From Candidatus Saccharimonas aalborgensis (lineage in GTDB: Bacteria > Patescibacteriota > Saccharimonadia > Saccharimonadales > Saccharimonadaceae), in assembly GCF_000392435.1 (NCBI RefSeq), contig NC_021219.1, positions 330,001 through 362,000 on the forward strand: DNA of 32,000 bases, given 5' to 3'. Under the pieces are notes generated by a model. The model did no database searches and had not been told where the DNA came from. It was given only the letters and a program-made list of their open reading frames with translations. Numbering within the stretch: position 1 is the stretch's first letter; each line of letters starts with the position of its first letter. Shown one piece after another: positions 19,165 through 27,525 of the stretch. A program made the position numbers and the translations under genes.

Positions 19165-19896
19165 TCAACTCTCGTCGTCAATATCTACTTGGATATCGGC
19201 ATTGGTATGAACGTTAACAACATCATCCAGCTCTTCGAGAGCGTCCAACACTTTCAGTAATTTACGTGCGATATCCGGGTCGACAATAGGCACGGTGGCA
19301 TTTGGCACATACTGCAGTTCTGCATCAAGCACTGGCAAACCACTCTGAGCTATCGTTGCTCTACTATGTGCCAAGTCTTTCATGTCAGTATAGACAAGTA
19401 TTTCGTCGTCTTCCTCAACGGCATCCTCTGCACCCGCGTCGAGCACCGTCATGAGGGCCGACTCATCGCTCGCCCCAACCCGAATTACGCCTTTTCGGGT
19501 AAACTGAAACGCAACACTGCCCGCATCAGCCATAGTGCCACCATTCTTTGTTATTGCTGTTCTGACTTCGGGGTAAGTACGGTTTTTGTTATCAGTTGCC
19601 GTTTCCACAATAATACCGACGCCACCAGGACCATAGCCCTCATAAGTGACCTCTTCAAGCGCCGCTGCGCTCTTGTCGGCAACACGATCTATCGCACGTT
19701 GGATATTGCTCATTGGCATATTGGCTGCCTTTGCCTTTTCGATAGCAAGTGCGAGCGCCGCATTCATCGTCGGGTCAACACCCGCGCGAGCAGCAATGGC
19801 AATTTGGTTACCAATACGCGTAAAAATAGCGCCGCGTTTCGCATCATTTGCTCCTTTATCGCGTTTGATTTTTGACCATTTGCTGTGACCGGACAT
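19165..19896 (-). CDS. yebC: YebC/PmpR family DNA-binding or translation-associated protein
   Basis: MSGHSKWSKIKRDKGANDAKRGAIFTRIGNQI, with an SD-like GGAGAGG just upstream. ORF track start is 19911. Confidence 0.93.
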   Translation of the reverse strand: MSGHSKWSKIKRDKGANDAKRGAIFTRIGNQIAIAARAGVDPTMNAALALAIEKAKAANMPMSNIQRAIDRVADKSAAALEEVTYEGYGPGGVGIIVETATDNKNRTYPEVRTAITKNGGTMADAGSVAFQFTRKGVIRVGASDESALMTVLDAGAEDAVEEDDEILVYTDMKDLAHSRATIAQSGLPVLDAELQYVPNATVPIVDPDIARKLLKVLDALEELDDVVNVHTNADIQVDIDDES

Positions 19897-19954
19897 CGCA
19901 CCTCTCCACACTTTTTTAGTAGCTGATTTACCTACTATAACAGATGTAGCGCTT

Positions 19955-21400
19955 CTATTCTACTACTGATGCCTTGCGTAATTGATAACCGGTACGTCTC
20001 TGCATATACCAACATCCCACAGCGATAACCGTATACCACACACCGACCAGCCACCACGATATGACTCCACTTACCTGTGCCCACGGCAATGCTGCAAAGT
20101 AATGTATAAACCAAATCATCGTGTCGAGAAGGGCCTGAGCAGGATAGCCGACGAAACTTCCTATACCAGGGACCCATGCCCCAATACCCGCAACAGCCGT
20201 CAGTAGCATGGCAAGTGGCACAAACGGCAAAATAAGCAGATTCGAGAGAGGCGCAACGACAGAGAACTGCCCAAACAGTACACCGATAATCGGTGCGGTC
20301 ATTAGCTGGGCAGCGACCGATTCGCCGACAATTTGCCGGATTGTTCCTGGTCGTTTGGTACCAAAAAAATATGCCTGCAACAGTGGCGCAACAAGCATTA
20401 CGCCGCCAAAGGCAGCAAAACTCAACTCCCAGCCGATATTCCCCCACGCATAGCTAGGGTCGATCATCACCGTAATTGCCGCCGCGATCACGAGCAGCGT
20501 GAAAGGATGAAATGTCCTCCCCACATACCACGCCCAGAGAGCAAGTAGGGATACAATGCCAGCGCGCATCATACTCGGGCTTAATCCGGCAATCCCCGCG
20601 AACCCTAGTACTAGTGCAACACCCGTCATCCCAGCAAGATATTTTGATATTTTCTCAAACAGCCTTCTGCCAAGACGCACCAATATCGTGAGATTATACC
20701 CGCTCGCAACCACAATATGTGTCAAGCCAGCAATCTTTAGCGCCTCTGCCAAATCACTAGGCAAGCTATTCTTTTGTCCAAGTAGATACCCACTTCCCAG
20801 ACTGGCCGCAGGCTCGGAAATCGTCTCGCGAATATTGGTTGCAACCGTATCTCGAACGACGAGAAATGGATCGCCTCCACTACGCCGCGACACGGTATCG
20901 AGGCGTGCATCATTTAGTGATGCTGCGAAACTACCAAATCCAGGTGTTAATTTGCCATCGACTGTTATCAAGTCACCTCGCTGAAGTGTAACGTTACCCT
21001 TTGTTGTTACCCACACATGCCCTACCAGGGCTGTATTGCCAGTCCCAAGCTCACTCAAGTGAATATTCGTCTGACCAAAATGGTTCAGCTCAACATCTTC
21101 GGCAATCACTCCACTGACTTTGATATGCTGCCCAAAGAGCGCAGTATAGGTTTCGACAACTGCTCGATCGACACTCCCCCGCCATAAACCGATCATAGCT
21201 CCGGCACCAAAGGCGATGATCACAAAGTAGCGTCGATGCTTCCACATACAAAGAGCCAACACCCCCATACCAGCCACATACCAATACCAATCTGATGCAT
21301 GAGGCCACCAAAACGCAGTGGTAGCACCAACAACCATCCCCACACACGCTGCCGTGAGATGCCAAGTCGGATGGACTGTATCGCGTAGCCGTTGAAACAT
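19955..21400 (-). CDS. comEC: ComEC/Rec2-family DNA uptake channel protein (no metallo-beta-lactamase domain seen)
   Basis: GSGYLLGQKNSLPSDLAEALKIAGLTHIVVASGYNLTILV and GLSPSMMRAGIVSLLALWAWYVGR match the ComEC core. Multiple TMs, N-terminal DUF4131-like segment. Confidence 0.85.
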   Translation of the reverse strand: MFQRLRDTVHPTWHLTAACVGMVVGATTAFWWPHASDWYWYVAGMGVLALCMWKHRRYFVIIAFGAGAMIGLWRGSVDRAVVETYTALFGQHIKVSGVIAEDVELNHFGQTNIHLSELGTGNTALVGHVWVTTKGNVTLQRGDLITVDGKLTPGFGSFAASLNDARLDTVSRRSGGDPFLVVRDTVATNIRETISEPAASLGSGYLLGQKNSLPSDLAEALKIAGLTHIVVASGYNLTILVRLGRRLFEKISKYLAGMTGVALVLGFAGIAGLSPSMMRAGIVSLLALWAWYVGRTFHPFTLLVIAAAITVMIDPSYAWGNIGWELSFAAFGGVMLVAPLLQAYFFGTKRPGTIRQIVGESVAAQLMTAPIIGVLFGQFSVVAPLSNLLILPFVPLAMLLTAVAGIGAWVPGIGSFVGYPAQALLDTMIWFIHYFAALPWAQVSGVISWWLVGVWYTVIAVGCWYMQRRTGYQLRKASVVE

Positions 21401-21476
21401 ACCAGTATACTATCACACCACATTGGTTCGGGAGATGGCGCTGCCACTATCATTTGCTATGGCTAGCCTATACTAG

Positions 21477-21506
21477 TTGACAATCGCCTCTGTAAAATGG
21501 TATATT
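21477..21506 (+). promoter_or_regulatory. Sigma70-like promoter TTGACA-18-TATATT
   Basis: TTGACA at 21477-21482 and TATATT at 21501-21506, directly upstream of the tRNA-like element and tRNA-Lys. Confidence 0.65.
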
Positions 21507-21520
21507 CTTGAAGACCACGA

Positions 21521-21580
21521 GACCCGTAGCTCAGCCCGATTGAGCAGTCGAGTACCTGCCTTTTGAAAGCAGTCCGGGCC
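21521..21580 (+). pseudogene. tRNA-like element (acceptor-like, D and anticodon-like arms, no T arm)
   Basis: gacccgTAGCTCAGcccgattGAGCagtcgagtacCTGCcttttgaaaGCAGtccgggcc. D stem GCTC/GAGC at 529-532/542-545; CTGC/GCAG at 556-559/569-572; outer stem gacccg/cgggcc at 521-526/575-580 with one A-C mismatch. Confidence 0.4.
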
Positions 21581-21609
21581 GCGCGCACCTTCCGTACCCC
21601 CATATATAT

Positions 21610-21686
21610 GGGCCCATAGCTCAGCCGGTTAGAGCACCTGCCTTTTAAGCAGGGTGTCGTGAGTTCAAGCCTCACTGGGCCCTCCA
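21610..21686 (+). tRNA. tRNA-Lys (anticodon TTT), CCA encoded
   Basis: GGGCCCATAGCTCAGCCGGTTAGAGCACCTGCCTTTTAAGCAGGGTGTCGTGAGTTCAAGCCTCACTGGGCCCTCCA. Acceptor GGGCCCA/TGGGCCC, anticodon loop CTTTTAA. Confidence 0.97.
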
Positions 21687-21689
21687 TAG

Positions 21690-21721
21690 TAAAACGACCT
21701 ACGTATTTGTAGGTCGTTTTA
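21690..21721. terminator. Bidirectional intrinsic terminator
   Basis: Perfect 13-bp stem TAAAACGACCTAC-gtattt-GTAGGTCGTTTTA with T-rich 3' arm on both strands. Serves tRNA-Lys on + and may reach the end of the 21722..22213 gene on -. Confidence 0.88.
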
Positions 21722-22213
21722 CTATTTGCCTTTAGTATTCTCGCCTCGCCCGTGATTTACTTTGTGAGAGAGTAGGATGTCGACAATGGCAAGTACCAGA
21801 CACACTGTGATAATAATTTTTTCATAGGAAATTAACTGCGTTATATACTGCTTGCTTGATTCATCGAGGACCACTGCGTTAGCAAATGCACCATACGTCA
21901 GCATAACTGCCAGGAGCGCAAATATACTACTTCCAACCACACGACGATGATGAGCGTGAACTCTCGGTGAGCGTGACATAACAAGAACTGCGGGTAATAA
22001 CGTTAATACAATTGCCACGATACTCTCCAGCGGCGGACGAATAATAATGACTCCCGCACCCGCAACAAGTGGCGTCAAGCTGTCGGTCCATAGTTTTGCC
22101 AACACTGCACCGGCGGCGAGTGTTACAGCAGCAACACCGAATCGCCGACGAAATAGATATGCGGTCATAAATATAAAGAGAAAGTAGAGAACTAGGACGA
22201 TGATGAAGCTCAT
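21722..22213 (-). CDS. Multi-TM membrane protein, unknown function
   Basis: 163 aa, about 5 hydrophobic segments. TATACT box 6 nt before the ATG. Confidence 0.65.
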   Translation of the reverse strand: MSFIIVLVLYFLFIFMTAYLFRRRFGVAAVTLAAGAVLAKLWTDSLTPLVAGAGVIIIRPPLESIVAIVLTLLPAVLVMSRSPRVHAHHRRVVGSSIFALLAVMLTYGAFANAVVLDESSKQYITQLISYEKIIITVCLVLAIVDILLSHKVNHGRGENTKGK

Positions 22214-22252
22214 GCCATCAGTATAGCACTAGCATAACCCTGAAGGCTGCCC

Positions 22253-23158
22253 TTACGCTCCTACTTTGTCTTTTTTGGGACGGCGTTTGGCATTTTGCTC
22301 GATATATTCGAGGATACGCTCAGCGACATTGCGGCCAGTAATCTGTTCTGGAGTTTTGATACTAGCACTTGAGTTGACCTCAAGAACGAGCGGACCACGC
22401 TCACTTCGCATCATATCGACGCCACAGACCGCCAGTCCCATTGACTTTGCTGCTTTCACCGCCGTTTTTCGCTCTTCGTCAGTTAACTTTACTGCCTTGC
22501 CGACACCGCCTTGATGTGTGTTGCTCCTGAAATCATCGTCAAGACTCTGGCGTTTAATGCTTGCAACGACACGCCCGCCAACCACAAGAGCACGGATATC
22601 AGTTCCGGCTGATTCTTTGACAAACTCCTGCACCAAAAAGTTTACACCCTCGACATAAAAGGCCTGCATTACGGCTTTGGCAGCTTTTTGCGTTTCAGCC
22701 AGTACCACACCATTGCCATGCGTGCCGCGAGCCACCTTGATAATCAGTGGCGCACCGCCCGCAAGCTCAACGACATCTTCAAAATTAGAGGTATCACGCG
22801 CAAAAACTGTCTTTGGAATACCAACCCCCGCCCTTGCCATAACCTGATAGGCGCGCAGTTTGTCGCGCGATCGATTGATTGCGATCGAACTCGCCGTCGT
22901 GAACGATCCTTGATTTTCAAACTGACGCAAAATTGCCGTACCGTATTTTGTGACGCTTTGGGCAATTCTCGGTATCACTGCATCATAATGATCCAGTGTC
23001 TTTCCTTCGTAACGAATAACTGGGTGGTCTTTTTCGATCGACACATAGCATTGGCTATAGGAAATAATATCGACGTCATGCCCTCGCTTCCGAGCCTCTT
23101 CAAAGAGACGCTGTGTCGAGTAGTTGGTTGGTTCATTGGACAAAATAGCAATTTTCAT
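22253..23158 (-). CDS. rimK: RimK-family ATP-grasp alpha-L-glutamate ligase
   Basis: MKIAILSNEPTNYSTQRLFEEARKRGHDVDII, GNGVVLAETQKAA, VQEFVKESAGTDIRALVVGGRVVASIKR, and GVDMMRSERGPLVLEVNSSASIKTPEQITG. Confidence 0.88.
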   Translation of the reverse strand: MKIAILSNEPTNYSTQRLFEEARKRGHDVDIISYSQCYVSIEKDHPVIRYEGKTLDHYDAVIPRIAQSVTKYGTAILRQFENQGSFTTASSIAINRSRDKLRAYQVMARAGVGIPKTVFARDTSNFEDVVELAGGAPLIIKVARGTHGNGVVLAETQKAAKAVMQAFYVEGVNFLVQEFVKESAGTDIRALVVGGRVVASIKRQSLDDDFRSNTHQGGVGKAVKLTDEERKTAVKAAKSMGLAVCGVDMMRSERGPLVLEVNSSASIKTPEQITGRNVAERILEYIEQNAKRRPKKDKVGA

Positions 23159-23586
23159 AAGTTTCGCTCCTCTTCGTCATCGGGCAATCCCTTGCCAATA
23201 CGCACATCCACAGTATACTCTCCTTCACGCAAAAAACGTCGTCCTATCAGCACCGGATACCGTAGCTTACTTCGATCAGCAAGTGTCAACCGACAGCGAC
23301 GCGTTTCACCGTTGATAGTCATCTGAGGAAAGATGACGTAGCGCAGTTGTACCCCATTGGCATTCTTTACTTCGGTCGTATCAAACTCTTGAGTGTGATG
23401 TAGTTCGCCAGTGTATCCTTTAACACTAGGGTGAAAAAGGATAAATTCCAATTCACCGTTACGGAGTTCTACCTTACTGCAGTCAATCGAGGAGCTATAG
23501 GCACCGGTGTCGACCTTTGCCGGAATGTCGTGGAGACCATAGTCAGCAAAGTCGACTCGTTCCGCTCTTCCCAATACTTTCGTCAT
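23155..23586 (-). CDS. RimK-associated putative ATP-dependent zinc protease (RimB/aspartyl-protease-like fold)
   Basis: VLGRAERVDFADYGLHDIPAKVDTGAYSSSIDCSKVEL...RYPVLIGRRFLREGEYTVDV. The KVDTGAxxSSI and YPVLIGRRFL motifs are typical of the family. Confidence 0.85.
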   Translation of the reverse strand: MTKVLGRAERVDFADYGLHDIPAKVDTGAYSSSIDCSKVELRNGELEFILFHPSVKGYTGELHHTQEFDTTEVKNANGVQLRYVIFPQMTINGETRRCRLTLADRSKLRYPVLIGRRFLREGEYTVDVRIGKGLPDDEEERNL

Positions 23587-24566
23587 TGTTTTCTCCTCTC
23601 TCTTTTAGCGATATCGACTAAAAACGCTGCGAGAGTTTCCTGGTAATAGATCGCCTCCTCGCCCCGCGCTCGGTCAAGTGTACCCGGCAGAGCATTGACT
23701 TCAAATAATACCCATCCGTTCTCTGTCAGCCCGAAATCTGCCGAATAAAAACGCTCAGAACCCAACGATGATAGCCGTGCATCAATTTGGCGGCTGAGCT
23801 GGACTAAGGCTTCCGGTATGTTAGATCGGTCAATCAGACACGTCTCGCCACCATAGCCAATATTTGATTTGTACTCTCCGTCGGGCGGAGTTCGAACCGT
23901 TGCGATGACAGGCTCACCGTTTTTGAGCACCACGCGAAAATCATGTCTACCTGTGGCAATGCCAGGAATGCCGCGTTCTGTTTCAACATATTGCTGAACC
24001 TGCCAAGGAAAATCTTTCCCATATTTCGTCACACTAAACTCATTTTTTGGCCCTACATACACGCCAGTTCCTGAGTTGCCGTAGAGTGTCTTAACGACAA
24101 TGTGCGTACCAGGTATATCATCGAATGCTTCTTTCGACTCAGCGACTGTGTAGACAAGCCGTGATTTTGGATGGAAGTCTTCGAGTACCTGGTATGCTGC
24201 GTGTTTATCACTGCAGAGTTGACGAAATGCGAGTGTATTTACCTGGAGCAAACGATCGCCTTCGGGCACATCAAAAAAATCTTTGACATACAGCATATCA
24301 ACCTTGATACGACCACGTTTCTCAAAACGATACCCACTACCATCATGCACCTGTACCCAGTGTTTCGTAAAAACACCATTTCCTTTATACGTCGACTGAC
24401 CCATCAAAATCGCGACATAGCCGCCCAGCTCATTTATGCGGTCAATCAGTTCATGATATGCCTGTTTGTAATGAGCTGCCTTAAATACAAAAGTTTCGAT
24501 ATCGCGATGCTCACGAAAAAGCCCGATAACAGGTTGGTTATTCTGGCTCGCTGGTACTTGTTTCAT
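23583..24566 (-). CDS. Second ATP-grasp (RimK-like/alpha-L-glutamate ligase-like) enzyme
   Basis: IVVKTLYGNSGTGVYVG, VQQYVETERGIPGIATGRHDFRVVLKNGEPVIATVRTPPDGEYKSNIGYGG, and FYSADFGLTENGWVLFEVNALPGTL. ORF track start is 24590 (TTG); ATG at 24566. Confidence 0.8.
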   Translation of the reverse strand: MKQVPASQNNQPVIGLFREHRDIETFVFKAAHYKQAYHELIDRINELGGYVAILMGQSTYKGNGVFTKHWVQVHDGSGYRFEKRGRIKVDMLYVKDFFDVPEGDRLLQVNTLAFRQLCSDKHAAYQVLEDFHPKSRLVYTVAESKEAFDDIPGTHIVVKTLYGNSGTGVYVGPKNEFSVTKYGKDFPWQVQQYVETERGIPGIATGRHDFRVVLKNGEPVIATVRTPPDGEYKSNIGYGGETCLIDRSNIPEALVQLSRQIDARLSSLGSERFYSADFGLTENGWVLFEVNALPGTLDRARGEEAIYYQETLAAFLVDIAKRERRKQ

Positions 24567-24676
24567 ATCGCAATAGTTTCCTGATAGCAATTTACCAAAT
24601 TATAGCATTTTTTCATCTATAAGTCAATATTTGTATCTCTGTTTTTATTGGCTTTAGTGGCAATCATACCAATGGC

Positions 24677-25783
24677 TCAACTAAACAAGCCTCGTTTGGC
24701 CGCTCCATCAAATTGCTCGAGCAACTCACGCTGTTTTTTGCTTAACTTGGTTGGAGTGTCCACTACGATACTGACAATGTGTGCGCCGCGTGATTCACTC
24801 CGTAGGTGTGGCACGCCGTGTCCCGAGAGTTTAAAGTCTGTCCCGCTCTGTGTCCCAGCGGGTATTTTCATGGTGACCGTCCCGTCCACGGTCTCAATAT
24901 CAATTTCACAGCCAAGTGTTGCCTGTACAAAACTAATGTGCTCTTCGCTCAAGATGAGGTTACCTTCACGCGTGAACTTCTTGTGAGCTTTGACTCGAAT
25001 ATGCACATACAGATCGCCCTTACTACCACCGCCAATTGCCTCACCATGACCTTTCAGACGAATGGTAGCCCCATCGTCAATTCCCGCTGGTATTTTTACG
25101 GTGATCATTTGTTCACGTCGCTCAGTGCCGGTACCACGACAGCGCGTGCAGGCTTTCTCCGGTACCTTGCCTTTACCTTTACAATCATTACAGGTAACCG
25201 CCTGCTGGATAGCACCGAACATGGTGTTGACAACGCGAATCTGTTGTCCAGCGCCCTTACATGTCTCGCAATTTTTCACACTATAGCCGGGTTCGACCGT
25301 GGATCCCTTACAATGAGTACATTCGTCGTCAAGAACAAGGTTTATTTTTTCTTCTTTACCAAACACTGCCTCCTCAAAGGAAAGTGTTAGCCTAGTCTCC
25401 ACATCTCGCCCGCGCGATGGACCATACGTTTGTTGCGGACCGCCCCCGAAGAACTGACTAAAGATATCACCAAATGCACCGTTACCTCCAAAATCAAAGT
25501 GAACATCCTGACCGTTGAAATTGAATCCCTCAAACGGATTACCGCCGTTCCCACCGCCACCCGCGCCACCAACGCCAGCGTGACCAAACTGATCGTAGCG
25601 TTGGCGTTTTTGTTTATCTTTGAGCACCTCGTAGGCTTCATTGATTTCTTTGAACTTCGCCTCGTCACCACCCTCTTTGTCTGGGTGGTGCTTTACGGCA
25701 GCCTTACGGAAGGCTTTCTTGATCTCATCATCACTAGCGCTTTTGTCGACGCCAAGAACTTCATAATAATCACGTTTTGTCAT
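24677..25783 (-). CDS. dnaJ: Chaperone DnaJ
   Basis: [36 protein letters not shown] (HPD), Gly/Phe region, and Cys-rich CxxCxGxG zinc motifs. Confidence 0.97.
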   Translation of the reverse strand: MTKRDYYEVLGVDKSASDDEIKKAFRKAAVKHHPDKEGGDEAKFKEINEAYEVLKDKQKRQRYDQFGHAGVGGAGGGGNGGNPFEGFNFNGQDVHFDFGGNGAFGDIFSQFFGGGPQQTYGPSRGRDVETRLTLSFEEAVFGKEEKINLVLDDECTHCKGSTVEPGYSVKNCETCKGAGQQIRVVNTMFGAIQQAVTCNDCKGKGKVPEKACTRCRGTGTERREQMITVKIPAGIDDGATIRLKGHGEAIGGGSKGDLYVHIRVKAHKKFTREGNLILSEEHISFVQATLGCEIDIETVDGTVTMKIPAGTQSGTDFKLSGHGVPHLRSESRGAHIVSIVVDTPTKLSKKQRELLEQFDGAAKRGLFS

Positions 25784-25792
25784 ACTGTATGT

Positions 25793-25821
25793 AGTATACG
25801 AAATTAGCACTCAGTATGCAA
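25793..25821 (-). promoter_or_regulatory. dnaJ promoter TTGCAT-17-TATACT
   Basis: Minus strand -35 TTGCAT (25821-25816) and -10 TATACT (25798-25793). The ATG is 9 nt past the -10. Confidence 0.6.
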
Positions 25822-25830
25822 GAGTGCTAA
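25804..25830. promoter_or_regulatory. CIRCE operator (HrcA binding site) of dnaJ
   Basis: TTAGCACTC-agtatgcaa-GAGTGCTAA, perfect inverted repeat with 9-nt spacer. Confidence 0.97.
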
Positions 25831-27477
25831 TTAGAAATGTTCACGGATATGTTTAAAACTATATTCCCACGTAGCATCTGTCTTCTTGTGAGGATTGAAT
25901 ATGTTTTGGGGATCAAACAACTCTTTGACCTCTCGCATATACCGAAGTACAGTCGGTGTATACATCTGCTCCAGCCATGGACCACGTACCAAACCGTCGT
26001 TATGCTCACCACTTACACTCCCACCGTAACTAATTACGAGAGTATTCACTTCCTTCATCGCTGGCTCGAACTTCGCTCGCTCCGCAGGATCTTCGATTTT
26101 CATGAGGGGAATTACGTGGAAATTACCATCGCCTAAGTGTCCGGCAATGGTTGCAAGGAGATTGTACTTCTTTATGATCCCGCGCAGCTGAGGCAGAAAT
26201 TCACTCAGTCGAGCTGGCGGCACGACGAGATCATCAATGAAGGGTGCTGTATGTTTTTCCTTTACCTTGCTACGAAGCAGGTTAAAGCTCTCACGACGCA
26301 TGAGCCAAAACTTACGACTCGCTGCTTCGGTATCATCCTCCTCCATATAGCTAAACTTGAAGCGTGAGAGATCTTTTTTTGCGGTATGGATTTTTTGTTT
26401 TACTTCGTCAACACTATCCCCAGTAAACTCGATGAGTAGTATCATCTTTGGCACACCGCGTAGCAGTGCGAGTCCATCTGGGATAAGCTGCAAACACATA
26501 ATTACCCAGGTGATGAAACCAAGTCGCTTGATAAACGCAAAAATAAACTTAAAACTAAGCCACAACGTGTTGTCGTCGAAGCATTCAAACGTAGCAGGCT
26601 TGTGAGCCAGTACGGCGGGAATAAGCTCACCTAGATTGTCAATATCTCGCATATAACAAACCAGTGTACCGGCATGGGTTGGCTTTGGCACTAATTTAAT
26701 GGTCGCCTCAGTCATAATGCCCAGCGTTCCCTGCGCCCCCACAAACAGCTTTGTCATATCAAATATGCCGGTGTCTCTATTCCATACATTCCAGAGGTGA
26801 TAGCCCGTGGCATCTTTTGTCACTTTTGGAGCTGCTGCCTGTATCTCATCGTAGTGCTGATCAAGCAACTCAAACGTCCTCTGATATAAGTGCGCTTCGT
26901 AGTCACCCTGATTCATTTTTGCGTTTAGCTCATCTCGGTTAAGGGGACGCATCGTGTACTCATTACCGTCACCGAGCACTACTTTCATTTCTGATACATA
27001 GCGATCGGTCTTACCAAACTGAAGCGACTTCTCGCCACCTGAGTTGTTGTTTACTATTCCACCCATGCCTGCCAACTCGCGACTAGCCGGGTAACTTGGC
27101 AAAATACTTCCATATTTGAGCGTCTCTACTTCAAAATCTTTATACATCATACCCGGCTCAACACGTGCCGACTCGGCTGAAACATCGTAGACGTTTACCA
27201 TATATTTGCTGGTATCGATGATAATAGAGTCATTGATAGCGGCGCCCGACATGTCAGTACCGCGAGACCTTGCAGTGACACTCAAACTGAGATCATCTGC
27301 TTTGTACTGGGCAACAAAAGAAACAACTGATTTTATATCGCCCGCATGCTTTGGGAAAACAATTACTTCTGGTCGTAGCTCAAATAAGCTGGCATCATGA
27401 CTATAAAACTCTCTGGCCTGATCGCTGGCATCAACATCACCCTCAATAATACTCGAAAGCTCACCCTTTAGGTCCAT
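25831..27477 (-). CDS. FAD-linked oxidase (GlcD / D-lactate dehydrogenase-like)
   Basis: VVSFVAQYKADDLSLSVTARSRGTDMSGAAIND, GIVNNNSGGEKSLQFGKT, HLGDGNFHVIPLM, and GGSVSGEHNDGLVRGPWLEQMY. ORF opens at 27510; the ATG at 27477 (MDLKGEL) is likely. Confidence 0.9.
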   Translation of the reverse strand: MDLKGELSSIIEGDVDASDQAREFYSHDASLFELRPEVIVFPKHAGDIKSVVSFVAQYKADDLSLSVTARSRGTDMSGAAINDSIIIDTSKYMVNVYDVSAESARVEPGMMYKDFEVETLKYGSILPSYPASRELAGMGGIVNNNSGGEKSLQFGKTDRYVSEMKVVLGDGNEYTMRPLNRDELNAKMNQGDYEAHLYQRTFELLDQHYDEIQAAAPKVTKDATGYHLWNVWNRDTGIFDMTKLFVGAQGTLGIMTEATIKLVPKPTHAGTLVCYMRDIDNLGELIPAVLAHKPATFECFDDNTLWLSFKFIFAFIKRLGFITWVIMCLQLIPDGLALLRGVPKMILLIEFTGDSVDEVKQKIHTAKKDLSRFKFSYMEEDDTEAASRKFWLMRRESFNLLRSKVKEKHTAPFIDDLVVPPARLSEFLPQLRGIIKKYNLLATIAGHLGDGNFHVIPLMKIEDPAERAKFEPAMKEVNTLVISYGGSVSGEHNDGLVRGPWLEQMYTPTVLRYMREVKELFDPQNIFNPHKKTDATWEYSFKHIREHF

Positions 27478-27525
27478 ATCTGTATGGTACTGGTTTACGC
27501 CTAAAAGCACAAGTGAATTGGGGTA

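Noticed and set aside
21463-21687. 74-aa minus-strand ORF (MEGPVRLELTTPCLKGRCSNRLSY...)
   Set aside because: It is antisense to tRNA-Lys and the tRNA-like element. RLELTTPCLKGRCSN-type peptides are a known artefact of translating tRNA genes backwards.
22688-23326. 212-aa plus-strand ORF
   Set aside because: Antisense to the rimK/protease junction. Composition follows the opposite strand and there are no features of its own.
24806-25390. 194-aa plus-strand ORF
   Set aside because: Antisense to dnaJ, with no recognisable domain and no promoter or SD support.
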